From the NCBI GenBank assembly GCA_002705055.1, contig PAHY01000043.1:5832-69831 (forward strand): a DNA stretch of 64,000 nt. The letters are read 5' to 3'. Below, in pieces: positions 1-9,700 of the stretch. The stretch comes from Planctomycetota bacterium. Lineage in GTDB: Bacteria > Planctomycetota > UBA1135. Numbering within the stretch: position 1 is the first letter of the stretch; each line of letters begins with the position of its first letter. A program made the position numbers and the translations under genes. The notes beneath the pieces were generated by a model. The model ran no database searches. It saw only the letters and a list, made by a program, of their open reading frames with translations, and had not been told where the DNA came from.

Positions 1-1967
1 GCCAGGATCACGGCCTGCAGCACCGGGCTTCCGGTATCCGCCTGGTTCAGTAGCGCGCGATAGGCGGTCAAGGTGTCCGCGGTCGGGTACAGGCCGAGCG
101 CCCGCGCAGCGGCGCGCTGCCGCTCAGCGACGCGGTCGTCGAGGCGCTCGATCAGGATGTGGCGCGTCTCCATCCGACCGAGTGCGGCCAAGGCCTCGCC
201 GGTTGCTTCGAGCTGCCAGGGATCGATCTGCCGCGCGTCGAGCGTGGCCAGCAGGTTGCGGGCGTCATCATCCGAGCCGCGCAGTCCCAGCGCCTGCACG
301 GCCTGCGGGTGGGCGGCGCGCCCGCTCTTCTTCAGCGCTTCGCGGCGAATCGCCGGCAGCGCCGCGGGATCGCCGAGGAGCGCCAGCCCGAGCGCGTAGG
401 CCGCCCGCTGATCGGCGTCGCGACTCTGCGCGATGGCATCGAGCAGCTTTCCGCTGATCGCCGCCGGGACGTCAAGCTGGTGTCGCGAGCGGGCCTCGAC
501 GGCTGCGATCCCCAAGGCCATCGCCGCCCAGGGGCGGAGGGCCACATCGCCATCGTCGAGCAGCGCGAGTAGCGCGGGCGTGGCGTGCTCTTCGACGGCG
601 GGGGCCTCCCAGCCCAGCTGGCCGATGATCCGCGCGAGGGCAATACTCGCTGCGGGGCGGACCAGCCGCTGGCGATGATGGAGGGCGACTTCGGCGAGCC
701 AACGGAGGTCGGCACCCGGATCCCCCTCGACCGGGCGCGCGACCAAACCGAAAGCCTGCACCGCGCCGTACTGGATCACGGCCTCGGCGCGACGCTGCTG
801 GACTTCAGCGCGGCAGAGCGTGAGCAGTTCGGCGCGGGCAGAGCTCGCCGGAAGAAACTCGGGCAGCAGCTGCGCCACTGCGACGTACAGGGCGGCGCGC
901 ATCTCGAACGGCCGGGTCGGGTCCCGCAGCAGGGGCATCAGCAGTTCGCCGTGCGCGAGGCGCGCGATCTGCTCGCTCGCAACCGCCGGGCGGTGCGCCG
1001 CAACCCGAATCGCCTCGGCGCAGGCAAGTTGCAGGCGCGCCTCGGCGGCAAAGCCATGCACGAGCTGGTCCACCAGCAGCTGCAGCGCAGCCTGTCGGTG
1101 CTGTCGGTCTTCGCTGCGCAGGGCAAACAGGCCCAGACCATGCGCGGCGGCCTCCGCGTGCTCGCCGGCGAATCGCGCGCGGAGCTCCCGCCAAGCCTGC
1201 GCATCGGCGCGCAGTCCCAAGGCGCGGCAGGCCTCTCCTTGTGCGGCCTGATTTCCCCGCAGGAAGCGGGCCTCCGCTGCGGCCGGGGGCGCGATTCCGA
1301 GCCGGTTCATTCCGCTCAGGGTCGTCAGCGCGACCTCGACGCGCCGACTCGCGAGCCAGGGCTCGAGCAAAGGACGAAGCGCCGGCAGCTCCGTCTGCAG
1401 GCGTTGGGGATCTGCCCAGGCGCGCTGGCCACCCAGCAGACCGAGGTAGACCTCGCCGGCAGCCGTCTGCGCGAATCCACGGTTTGCCTGCTCTTGCGCC
1501 ACCAGCGCGAAGTAGTGCGCGCGGTTGCGGTACCACCAGCCGCGCCAGCCGCGCAAGTGTTCCGCGGTGGGGGGCACGGCGGGCGGCGCGCCGGGCGTGG
1601 TCACGCCGAACGGCCCGCGCGGCGGCACCACCGGGGTCGGAGGAGTCGTCGGCGGAATCGGACGGGGCACCACGCCCGGGGTCGGGCTCATCGCATCTCC
1701 CGGCTGACCACGCTCTGGAATATCGAAGGGATTGCGTCCGGGGTTCGGGTCCGGCGGCCGCTTCGGCTGTTCCAACGGCGGCGGCGGCGGTGGCTCCTCC
1801 GGCGGGATCTCGCCGCCGTGTTTGTGACCACCTCCCGGAGGTTCTCCGTTGCCCCCGCCGCCGACACCTCCGCCCGTCTGAGCATGGAGAGGGACAGTGA
1901 AGAGCAGAAGCAGCAGGGTGGTCCAGAGGGAACGTCCTGCGTGCGCAGTGAGGGAGCAAGCACGCAT
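1..1967 (-). CDS. Secreted HEAT/PBS-lyase-repeat protein with an N-terminal Gly/Pro-rich linker. C-terminus lies beyond the window start, so the gene is partial.
   Basis: Manual translation of the minus strand from ATG at 1967 gives MRACSLTAHAGRSLWTTLLLLFTVPLHAQT (signal peptide). A G/P-rich linker (GGGVGGGGNGEPPGGGHKHGGEIPPEEPPPPPP...PTPGVVPRPIPPTTPP) follows. Then come repeated alpha-helical HEAT-like units (e.g. AAYALGLALLGDPAALPAI, PWAAMALGIAAVEARS) continuing to position 1 with no stop. It is not in the ORF track because no stop codon is inside the window. Confidence 0.75.
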   Translation of the reverse strand, partial: MRACSLTAHAGRSLWTTLLLLLFTVPLHAQTGGGVGGGGNGEPPGGGHKHGGEIPPEEPPPPPPLEQPKRPPDPNPGRNPFDIPERGQPGDAMSPTPGVVPRPIPPTTPPTPVVPPRGPFGVTTPGAPPAVPPTAEHLRGWRGWWYRNRAHYFALVAQEQANRGFAQTAAGEVYLGLLGGQRAWADPQRLQTELPALRPLLEPWLASRRVEVALTTLSGMNRLGIAPPAAAEARFLRGNQAAQGEACRALGLRADAQAWRELRARFAGEHAEAAAHGLGLFALRSEDRQHRQAALQLLVDQLVHGFAAEARLQLACAEAIRVAAHRPAVASEQIARLAHGELLMPLLRDPTRPFEMRAALYVAVAQLLPEFLPASSARAELLTLCRAEVQQRRAEAVIQYGAVQAFGLVARPVEGDPGADLRWLAEVALHHRQRLVRPAASIALARIIGQLGWEAPAVEEHATPALLALLDDGDVALRPWAAMALGIAAVEARSRHQLDVPAAISGKLLDAIAQSRDADQRAAYALGLALLGDPAALPAIRREALKKSGRAAHPQAVQALGLRGSDDDARNLLATLDARQIDPWQLEATGEALAALGRMETRHILIERLDDRVAERQRAAARALGLYPTADTLTAYRALLNQADTGSPVLQAVIL

Positions 1968-2060
1968 ATCCGCCTTGGTGCAAGCGGTGTGCCAGAAGCG
2001 CCGTGTTCCGACCGCGGAACGAAATGGTCGGCATCGCGCGCAGCCCTACGATGGGCGGCC
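1968..2060. promoter_or_regulatory. Divergent intergenic region between the HEAT-repeat gene and the M1 peptidase gene, presumably carrying both promoters. Contains a short inverted repeat gttccg-accg-cggaac.
   Basis: 93-bp non-coding gap between divergent start codons; the inverted repeat is visible in the sequence. Confidence 0.3.
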
Positions 2061-3773
2061 ATGCGCATGCTCCTCGCTTGCACTCTTCTGACGCTCACCG
2101 CCTGCGGGGGTGAGGAAGCTGAATCAGGTCTGCTTGCGGCTTCCGACGCGACGCCTTTCGTCCGCGATACTGGAGGGGTGCTGCGCCCGGAGCAGGCCTG
2201 CTATGACGTGCAGCACTACGACCTGACGATGCAGGTCTTCCCCGATCAGCGCGAGATCGCGGCCACCCTGCGCGCGCGGGTCGCGATCACGGCATCGACC
2301 GATCGGGTGCTCTTCAATCTGGACCCGCTGCTTGAGGTCGCCAAGGTCTTCGACCAGGCAGGGGATGCGCTGCGTTTCGAGCACCGCAACGATCTGCTCA
2401 TGGTCGCGCTGCCCGGCCAGGCGGCGCCGGGCGAAGTGCACGAGATCGCGATCCGCTACGGCGGCAAGCCGCGCACGGCGCCGCGCCCGCCGTGGGAGGG
2501 GGGCTTCCAGTGGGAGCAGACGCCTTCGGGCGCGCACTGGATCGCGACCGCCTGTCAGATGGAGGGCGCCGATCTGTGGTGGCCCTGCAAGGATCACCCC
2601 TCGGATAAGGCCGAAAGCGTGGACCTGCACTTCCGCGTACCCTCCGATCTGGTCGCGGCCAGCAACGGTCGGCTGGATCGGATCGAAGACCACGGCGACG
2701 GCACCGTCAGCTACCACTGGAGAGTCTCGACGCCGATTCCGAACTACACGGTGGCGCTGAACATCGCGCCCTACGAAAAGCTCGAGGCGCCCTACACCAG
2801 CGTGGCCGGCACGCCGCTGCCGGTGCAGTTCTGGGTGCTGCCTGAATCGATCGAGAACGGTCGCAAGATCCTGCCCGAGTTCGTCGATCACCTGCGCTGG
2901 TTCGAAGAGACGCTCGGTCCGTATCCCTTCCGCGCCGACAAGTACGGCGTGGTCGAGACGCCGCACCTGGGGATGGAGCACCAGACCATCATCGCCTACG
3001 GCAACCAGTTCCGGCCCTTCCGCTTCGGCTTTGACTGGCTGCATCACCACGAGTTGGCGCACGAGTGGTTCGCCAACTTGGTGACCGCGCCGGACTGGAA
3101 CGACTTCTGGATCCACGAAGGCTTCGGAAGCTACGTGCAGAAGCTCTACGTCGAAGATCGCGACGGCGCCGAGAAGTACCGCGAGTACCTGGCGAGCGTG
3201 CGCGGAAATCTGCACAACGTCAAGCCGGTGGCGCCGCGCGAGCCGCGCTCGAGCGCGCAGATGTACTTCCTCGACGTCAACGCGCCCGAGGGCGAGAAGC
3301 CGAGCGACAACGACATCTACTACAAGGGCGAGTGGGTGCTGCACACCCTGCGCTGGCTGATCGGCAAGGACGAGCTGATGAAGACTTTCCGCAAGATGTG
3401 CTACGCCGATCCCTATGCCCGCGAGGATGACTCCGGCGGCGCGGTGCACTTCTTCACCACGGACGACTACCTCGCGCTGGTCGAGGCGCAGACCGGCCAG
3501 GATCTGGACTGGTTCTTCGAGCTCTACATCCGTCAGCCGGAGCTGCCCGAGCTGGTCGTCGAACGCCGCGCCGACAACGTCTATCACCTCTCGTGGAAGA
3601 CGCCGCAGGACATGCCCTTCCCGATGCCGGTCGAGGTCTTCATCGGCGGCGTGCCGCAGCGGCTCGAGATTCCGCAGGACGGCAACGAGCTCACCGTGCC
3701 GGCCGGGGCTTCGGTGGACATCGATCCCTTCGATCGCATCCTGCGCAAGAACAACCACTGCCTCGACGACTGA
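2061..3773 (+). CDS. M1-family zinc aminopeptidase (aminopeptidase N-like), lipoprotein or secreted.
   Basis: Internal ATG at 2061 (in frame with track ORF 585..3773) starts MRMLLACTLLTLTACGG (lipobox). Gluzincin signature HHELAHEWF...WIHEGFGSY (HExxH-x18-E). The upstream part of the track ORF is antisense to the HEAT-repeat gene. Confidence 0.85.
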   Translation: MRMLLACTLLTLTACGGEEAESGLLAASDATPFVRDTGGVLRPEQACYDVQHYDLTMQVFPDQREIAATLRARVAITASTDRVLFNLDPLLEVAKVFDQAGDALRFEHRNDLLMVALPGQAAPGEVHEIAIRYGGKPRTAPRPPWEGGFQWEQTPSGAHWIATACQMEGADLWWPCKDHPSDKAESVDLHFRVPSDLVAASNGRLDRIEDHGDGTVSYHWRVSTPIPNYTVALNIAPYEKLEAPYTSVAGTPLPVQFWVLPESIENGRKILPEFVDHLRWFEETLGPYPFRADKYGVVETPHLGMEHQTIIAYGNQFRPFRFGFDWLHHHELAHEWFANLVTAPDWNDFWIHEGFGSYVQKLYVEDRDGAEKYREYLASVRGNLHNVKPVAPREPRSSAQMYFLDVNAPEGEKPSDNDIYYKGEWVLHTLRWLIGKDELMKTFRKMCYADPYAREDDSGGAVHFFTTDDYLALVEAQTGQDLDWFFELYIRQPELPELVVERRADNVYHLSWKTPQDMPFPMPVEVFIGGVPQRLEIPQDGNELTVPAGASVDIDPFDRILRKNNHCLDD

Positions 3774-3794
3774 GGCGAGCCTTAGACTAAGCCG

Positions 3795-4145
3795 ATGGCC
3801 GCACCCGTCACCTACTTTGATATCGGTTGCCAGGATCACGAGGCGACCTGCAAGTTCTTCCAGGAGGTCTTCGGCTGGGAGCTCGCGACCTTCGGGCCCA
3901 GCGCGCGCACGGCCGCCGGCGAAGGCGGGATCCCCGGCGCGATCACCAGCCTCGGGCACGAGCCGCATCAGTACGTGATGGTTTACATGGAGGTCGAGGA
4001 CATCCCGGCCACCCTGGCCCAGATTGAAGCCGCGGGCGGCGCGACCGTCATCCCCGAGACGCCGATCCCGGACGGCGGCAGCTTCGCCTGGTTCACCGAT
4101 CCCGGCGGCAACACCCTGGGACTACACAAGTCCGCGCAGGGGTAG
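3795..4145 (+). CDS. VOC/glyoxalase-bleomycin-resistance family protein.
   Basis: 116 aa, MAAPVTYFDIGCQDHEATCKFFQEVFGWEL...FAWFTDPGGNTLGLH; typical VOC-fold motifs. Confidence 0.7.
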   Translation: MAAPVTYFDIGCQDHEATCKFFQEVFGWELATFGPSARTAAGEGGIPGAITSLGHEPHQYVMVYMEVEDIPATLAQIEAAGGATVIPETPIPDGGSFAWFTDPGGNTLGLHKSAQG

Positions 4146-4172
4146 AGCCGCGAGCGCGTTTAGACTGGGGCC

Positions 4173-4589
4173 ATGCGTTCCCTCGCGTGGTTCCTGGTGA
4201 TTTCCCTGTTTGCGGCGTGTAGCGCCACGGCCCCGCCGGCGGACGAATCCAAAGCCTGGACGGATCAGGTGGTGGGGCCGGCCCAGGTCATTGCCAAGTA
4301 CTTTGAGGCGGTCGAGCAGCAGGATCGCGCGGCGGCCTTGGCCCTGGGTACCGCAGCCTGGGCCGAGCGCGAGGGCGCCTGGAAGCAGGGCTTCACCCAC
4401 GCCTTCTTCGAGGAGGGGCTGGGCGTCGCCTCCTGGGAGCTGCAGGGCATCAATCTGGGCGAGGACGGGGTGCTGATCGCGCGCGTCCACGCGGTGCTCA
4501 CTCGCGAAGGCGAGGAGCCCGACAACGAAGGCATGCGCTTCGGCCTGAAGGAAGTGGACGGCGGCTGGAAGATCGTCGACCTGCGCTGA
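4173..4589 (+). CDS. Lipoprotein, NTF2/DUF4878-like, hypothetical.
   Basis: MRSLAWFLVISLFAACS lipobox signal; 138 aa; stop is 2 bp before the next gene. Confidence 0.6.
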   Translation: MRSLAWFLVISLFAACSATAPPADESKAWTDQVVGPAQVIAKYFEAVEQQDRAAALALGTAAWAEREGAWKQGFTHAFFEEGLGVASWELQGINLGEDGVLIARVHAVLTREGEEPDNEGMRFGLKEVDGGWKIVDLR

Positions 4590-4591
4590 GC

Positions 4592-7500
4592 ATGCTGCAC
4601 TGGAGACGCAGTTTCGGTCTGTTGTGCGCGAGCGTCCTGCTCGCTGCATCGGCTCTGGCTCAGGACGGCCCCTCGGCGGTGACGGGCGAGAAGCAGGCGC
4701 TGGAGTTCGGCCGCGAGGCGATGGCGGACGGCGACCACGAGGCGGCGGTCGGTCACTTCCTGTTTGCGCTGGCCCGCACCGATCGCCCCGAAGAAGTGCT
4801 CGAGCTGCTGGTCGAGAACGCGGCCGGCGACCCGGATGCGCTCGCGCTCTGGGCCATCGATCTGGCCAACGCTCGCATCGACGCCAACGGCCGACTCAAG
4901 ATGCCGCGGGCGCTGCGCGGCGTCATCGGCGAGGACGGCAGCCTGGGTGAATGGGCCGGCTGGCCCGAGCGCCTCGCGCGCACGCGCGCGCTCGCCGTGC
5001 GCGGCCTGCTCAAGGAGATCGAGCGCAAGGCCAAGGGGCGGCGTCCTGGGTCCAAGGTCGAGCAGGAGTGGCTCGAGGACTTCGCGCGTGCGATCGCCGC
5101 GCCCTCTCCCGAGTTGCTCGCGCAGCTGGAGGCGCATGGCCCGCAGATCGAATCGAGCCGCCAGGAATGGCGCGAGGTCATGGATGCGATGCGCAAGCAG
5201 GGCAACTCGCTGATCAGCCGCGGGCAGTGGACCGAGGCGGTGCGGATGGGTCGCGCGCTGCGCGGGCTGGTGGCTCAGGCTGGCTTCGGCGACGAACTGC
5301 AGGGGCCGCCCGCGCCGTCGATGGACCGTGAAGCCAGCGCAGTCGGCGACATCCTCGGCCGCGCGCGCGCGGCGCTGGCGCGGGTCAATGAGCTGGTCTT
5401 CACCCTCGACGAACTCGAGTCGATGAGCCCGGTGCAGCAGCGTGAGCTGACCGTCGACCGGGCCTCCTTCGGGCGACCGGCGGTCACCCATTCGCCTCGC
5501 GACTGGTATCGGGTCGAGACCTCCTGCGGCTGGGAGACGCTGTACGGCTCGGCGACGACGGTCGAGTATCACCATCAGCGTCTGGCCAACTTCTTCGGCC
5601 GCGATCCCTTCGTGGACCCGCAGGGCAATCTGCGCCAGCAGGGCATCCTGCGCGTGGTCCCCGAGGCCTACGGGCTCGAGGCGGAAGGCTCGCCGCACTG
5701 GTGGGCCGGTGGTTTTCAGGGCGGCAACGTCACCACCTTGCAGTTCACGATGTCGACCATCCCGGGCCTCGGGCGCGGGATCACGCACGAGCTGACCCAC
5801 CGCTTTGACGGGGCCATCTACCCCGGCCTGCCCGGCTGGCTGGTCGAAGGCAAGGCCAGCTGGACGGCCGGCGCCTACGGTTCGATGAAGGAAGAGAACT
5901 TCGTCCCGAACCACTGCAGCTACGGGACCCAGGCCGGCACGCTGCGCCTGGGTTACGACGAGGCCGACAAGCTGCGCGAGATCGTCGCGGGGACGCAGGA
6001 AGAGTACCGCGACAACTACACTGCGGGCTATTCGCTGTACGTCTACCTCAACACCTGGATCGGCAGCGAAGATGTCGACGGCGAGGAGTTTGGCGAAGAG
6101 GGCAGCTGGCCGCCGCCCGCCGAAGGTGAGGCCCAGCGCGAGCGCGCGCCGCTCTATCACGATGCGCTGCAGAAGTTCATGGAAGAGCGCAAGCGGCTGC
6201 GCAACGACCCGGTGAAGGTCTTTGAGGCCTACTTCTGCGACGGCGAGAACGGTCGGCCGGCCGACTTCGACGAGTTCAGCGAGCGCTTCACGCGCTGGCT
6301 GCGCGGCTTCAACAACCAAGAGCCCGCGGCCTGGCGGGATCGTTACACCCAGTCGGTTCCGGGCAGTGATCCCGGTGAAGTGGTCCGCGATGAACCCACC
6401 TGGACCTGGCTGCGCCGCCGCGCCGAGCCCTGGTTCGGTCAGGAGCATGCGCGGATGGCCGGCGACCTGTTCGCCGACCTCGGCAAGCATGCTGAGGCGG
6501 TCGATGCCTACACCTGGGCGCTCTCGGTCGACGAGCTGGCGCCGGCGACGATCGATCGTTTCGCGGAAGAACTGGATGCGGCCAAGAACGAGGACGCGGC
6601 CTGGATGGTGCGACATTGGCCGCGGCTGCGGCCGACTCGGCTGCCTCCGGCGCTGCGGACCTGGGAGAAGGACAAGGTCGACGCCCAGGAGGCGGCGCGT
6701 GCCCCGGCCGAAGCGGGCGAGGCGGCGCCCTTTGTGCGCGATCTGGGCGCGGTCCAGGCCTTGCTCGCCGCCTTGCAGGAGGCTTCCGAGGCAGCGGCGG
6801 CAGCGGGCCATGAGCTGAGCGCCACGGCGCTGGCGGCGGATCACAACGAGCTCGCCGCCTGGCTGGGATTGCCGCCCCTCACCGAACCGCGCCGCGAAGT
6901 GGTGCGGCTCCAGGAAGGCGAGATCGATCGCGGAGTCGCTCCTGCCTGGAGCGAGGCGCAGCGCCTGGGCAGTTCGGCCAGCAAGCTGCATCCCTTCAGC
7001 CCGCCGTGGCGACTGATGCGTGACTTCGGCTGGTCCGAGTACCCGCTGAACGGCAAGGAGGATTCGCTGGTCGAGGGACTGTGGTACGAAGACGAGACGC
7101 GCGCGCTGCACGTCGGGCGGCGCAAGCCGCGCGTCGGGACTGGCGAGCTGGATCGGACTTCGCATCGCCGCGACGCCGTGGTCTTCGCCGACCACTGGTT
7201 CGAGGCAGGCCGCTACGCGGTGCAGATGCAGATCGAGCCGACCACGGCCCTGCTCGAAGGCGGTCTGGTGGTCGGCTGGACGCGCCGCGATCGGCAGGTG
7301 CGCATGGGCCTGTCGATGGGTGATTGGCAGTACGCGACCGGCCGCGAGGAGCAGGTGCAGATCGAGGGCGTGCGCTGGAGCCTGGACGCGCTGTACGCGC
7401 GGCAGGGGGCAAAGAACGGCTCGCACTCCATTCCGGGCGACCGCCGCTTCTTCGAGCTGACCATCGAAGTCGACGGCCCGACCGCGGACATCTGGCTGGA

Positions 7501-8185
7501 TGGCAAACACCACGGCACGATCTCCACGCTCGACGGCAGCGCGATTCACGGTCGGATCGGCTGGTACACCTCGACCGGCGCGATGAAGGTCTCGCTGCCG
7601 CGCTGGCGGCGGCTGGATCGGTCCGCGCACGTACCGGGCGCCCGCGCCACCGGCAACGGGCTGCATCCCCAGCGCAGCGGCGATGAGAAGTGGCGCTGGA
7701 TGGTCGACCGCGCGGTGACCGGGCTGCCGCTCGCGCCTTCGGGCACCATCCTGCTCTGGTACCCCGAGCAGACCCAGGCCAAGCGCGAGGAGCTGAGCCC
7801 CGAAGACTGGTACGACGAGATCGCCGACGAACTCAATCGCCTGCTGGACGCGCTCGACGCCGAGGCCGCCAGCCAGGGCCTGCTGGTTCTGGTGCCGCCT
7901 TCCTTCCCCGAGTCGCAGATGGCGCTGCTGCGCGAGGACTTCGGGCCCTATCTGAAGGACGGCTTCGATGTGCTGGTGCACGCGCGGCCCGAGCCGCTCG
8001 AAGAAGAGACGCGCACGATTCAGGGCTGGCGCCGGCCTTTGTACGGCTTCGTCGATCCCACTGGCTTCCTGCGTTACGCCAAGCGGCAAGGACGACCCTC
8101 GACGCGGCTGGCCGCCGATCTGCGGGCACTGCTGGTGCTGCACCAGGATCACAGCCGCCCCGGTCGCGCCGGAGCGGGGGACTGA
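4592..8185 (+). CDS. Large secreted protein (1197 aa) with a zincin-like HExxH motif; putative novel metallopeptidase.
   Basis: Signal peptide MLHWRRSFGLLCASVLLAASALAQD. Protein-like composition throughout, with GRGITHELTHRFDGAIYPGLPGWLVEG mid-protein. The opposite-strand ORF 4265..8152 is Arg/Ala-rich antisense. Confidence 0.75.
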   Translation: MLHWRRSFGLLCASVLLAASALAQDGPSAVTGEKQALEFGREAMADGDHEAAVGHFLFALARTDRPEEVLELLVENAAGDPDALALWAIDLANARIDANGRLKMPRALRGVIGEDGSLGEWAGWPERLARTRALAVRGLLKEIERKAKGRRPGSKVEQEWLEDFARAIAAPSPELLAQLEAHGPQIESSRQEWREVMDAMRKQGNSLISRGQWTEAVRMGRALRGLVAQAGFGDELQGPPAPSMDREASAVGDILGRARAALARVNELVFTLDELESMSPVQQRELTVDRASFGRPAVTHSPRDWYRVETSCGWETLYGSATTVEYHHQRLANFFGRDPFVDPQGNLRQQGILRVVPEAYGLEAEGSPHWWAGGFQGGNVTTLQFTMSTIPGLGRGITHELTHRFDGAIYPGLPGWLVEGKASWTAGAYGSMKEENFVPNHCSYGTQAGTLRLGYDEADKLREIVAGTQEEYRDNYTAGYSLYVYLNTWIGSEDVDGEEFGEEGSWPPPAEGEAQRERAPLYHDALQKFMEERKRLRNDPVKVFEAYFCDGENGRPADFDEFSERFTRWLRGFNNQEPAAWRDRYTQSVPGSDPGEVVRDEPTWTWLRRRAEPWFGQEHARMAGDLFADLGKHAEAVDAYTWALSVDELAPATIDRFAEELDAAKNEDAAWMVRHWPRLRPTRLPPALRTWEKDKVDAQEAARAPAEAGEAAPFVRDLGAVQALLAALQEASEAAAAAGHELSATALAADHNELAAWLGLPPLTEPRREVVRLQEGEIDRGVAPAWSEAQRLGSSASKLHPFSPPWRLMRDFGWSEYPLNGKEDSLVEGLWYEDETRALHVGRRKPRVGTGELDRTSHRRDAVVFADHWFEAGRYAVQMQIEPTTALLEGGLVVGWTRRDRQVRMGLSMGDWQYATGREEQVQIEGVRWSLDALYARQGAKNGSHSIPGDRRFFELTIEVDGPTADIWLDGKHHGTISTLDGSAIHGRIGWYTSTGAMKVSLPRWRRLDRSAHVPGARATGNGLHPQRSGDEKWRWMVDRAVTGLPLAPSGTILLWYPEQTQAKREELSPEDWYDEIADELNRLLDALDAEAASQGLLVLVPPSFPESQMALLREDFGPYLKDGFDVLVHARPEPLEEETRTIQGWRRPLYGFVDPTGFLRYAKRQGRPSTRLAADLRALLVLHQDHSRPGRAGAGD

Positions 8186-8187
8186 GC

Positions 8188-8526
8188 TTGTTCCGCGCGC
8201 TCCAGCTTTACCTCGGCCTGCTTCAGCTCATTCACCTGCTGGGACTGATCTACGTGATCGTCGAGTTAGATGCGCTGCGCCCTTCCGCTTCCCTCAGCGG
8301 CAGGCTCTGGGCCGTGCTGCCAGTCTCGCACTTCGGCTCGATGGTGGCCGCGACGGCGATGTGGCGAGGCAAGAGCATCGCTTACATCTGGCTCTCGGTC
8401 TTCGCTGCCATGCTGTTCGTGGTCTATACCCAGTTGGACAGCGTCGCCTGGATGGGCTGGAGCGCGCTCGTCAGCTGGGTGCTGCTGAGCTATCTCCGGG
8501 TGCGCACGGCGAGCACTTTCCGGTAA
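8188..8526 (+). CDS. Small integral membrane protein (about 112 aa, 3 TM helices), hypothetical.
   Basis: In-frame TTG immediately after the upstream stop; hydrophobic segments LLQLIHLLGLIYVIV, WAVLPVSHFGSMVAATAMW, WLSVFAAMLFVVY. Start is uncertain. Confidence 0.4.
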   Translation: MFRALQLYLGLLQLIHLLGLIYVIVELDALRPSASLSGRLWAVLPVSHFGSMVAATAMWRGKSIAYIWLSVFAAMLFVVYTQLDSVAWMGWSALVSWVLLSYLRVRTASTFR

Positions 8527-8536
8527 GTGGGTCGCC

Positions 8537-9700
8537 TCAGGCGGCCCGCGTCTGTCGGGCACGCTGCAGGATCGGCTCGATCGCGGCTGCCCAGGCGTCC
8601 CAGTTGAGCAGCTCGCGGTGCCGCCGCGCGCTGCTCGCGCGCAGGGCGCGGTAACGTTCCTGATCACGCCACAGATCCTCGATGCAACGGGCGTAGTCCG
8701 CCGGCGTCGCCTCGCGCGCAAGCAGGACGCCATTGCTCCCGGTCTCGACCATCGCGCTGAGCCCACCGACCTCCGGGGCGATGGTGGGGAGGCCAAACGC
8801 GCTGGCCTCGGCGCAGACGATCGGGGTGCAGTCCGCCTGCGTCGGCAGCAGCAGGAAGTGGCTGCTCCGATAGGCCTCGCGATAGCGGCGAGCATCGGCA
8901 GCTCGTTCCACCTCAAGCCAGCCGAGGTGATCGACGCAGTCGGCGAGCTGCGGCGGAATCTCGGGGGCGGGCTGTCCCACCAGCTGCAGCCGGGCATCGA
9001 CCCCGCGCCGCTGAAGCTCTGCGAGGATGTCGAAGCAGGCTGCGCCGTTCTTGCGCTCCCAGTCACGGCCGACGAAGAGCAGCTGGCAGGGCGCAGGCGC
9101 TGGGGGATCCGGCGCGCAGTCGGGCTCGGGCTCGAGGTTGGCGCCCAGCGGGATCACCGCCGCCTGCGCGGGGTCGATCCCGTACTCCTCGATCGCCGAC
9201 CTGCGCGCCCACTCGGAGGAGTAGACGTGAAGCGCGCAGCGCGCCATGACGCTCTCCTCGACCGCATGGCTGGGCTTTGGTTGGGCGCGATGAGCGGGAT
9301 ACTCGGCCCGCAGGCGCTTGCCGGTCGCGTCCGTCACGTAGACCGCCGGCCGGTCGCTTCGCATGGCGGCAAGCAGTCGGCTGCCCATCACGGACAGGAT
9401 CAGGTCCACGCTCTGCGCCCGGAGGTCGGCCTGCGCCGCGCCGCGTCGGACCTGCTCCTCGTTCAGATGAGTCCGCCCGACCTTGCCGCGCAGCCGGCGC
9501 AGAAACTTCCAGGCGCGGTGCGGGTCCGGGGCCTCGTGAAGCAGGACGATCTCGTGCCCGCGCTTCTCCAGCGCTTCGCGGATTCGCCGCACCGTCGACT
9601 GCCAGCCGGCGCGATGCGAGAGCGGATACTCGGTCAGCAGGCCGATGCGCACGGCATCACTCCGATGCAGAATCAGCGGGACCGCCGAGGCGGGGGCCAC
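8537..9700 (-). CDS. Glycosyltransferase family 1 (GT4-type).
   Basis: GT-B motifs LLFVGRDWERKNGAACFDIL...LLLPTQADCTPIVCAEASAFGLPTIAPEVGGL. The ORF start at 9700 overlaps the upstream gene by 44 bp, so the true start is probably GTG at about 9652 (VRIGLLTEY). Confidence 0.75.
   Translation of the reverse strand: MAPASAVPLILHRSDAVRIGLLTEYPLSHRAGWQSTVRRIREALEKRGHEIVLLHEAPDPHRAWKFLRRLRGKVGRTHLNEEQVRRGAAQADLRAQSVDLILSVMGSRLLAAMRSDRPAVYVTDATGKRLRAEYPAHRAQPKPSHAVEESVMARCALHVYSSEWARRSAIEEYGIDPAQAAVIPLGANLEPEPDCAPDPPAPAPCQLLFVGRDWERKNGAACFDILAELQRRGVDARLQLVGQPAPEIPPQLADCVDHLGWLEVERAADARRYREAYRSSHFLLLPTQADCTPIVCAEASAFGLPTIAPEVGGLSAMVETGSNGVLLAREATPADYARCIEDLWRDQERYRALRASSARRHRELLNWDAWAAAIEPILQRARQTRAA

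Noticed and set aside
585-2060. N-terminal 492 codons of track ORF 585..3773 upstream of the M1 peptidase.
   Set aside because: No protein-like features and antisense to the HEAT-repeat gene; the peptidase has its own lipoprotein signal at the internal ATG 2061.
4265-8152. 1295-aa minus-strand ORF opposite the 1197-aa exoprotein gene.
   Set aside because: Arg/Gly/Ala/Pro-dominated composition with no motifs, the typical antisense shadow ORF of a high-GC gene; the + strand protein has a signal peptide and real-protein composition.
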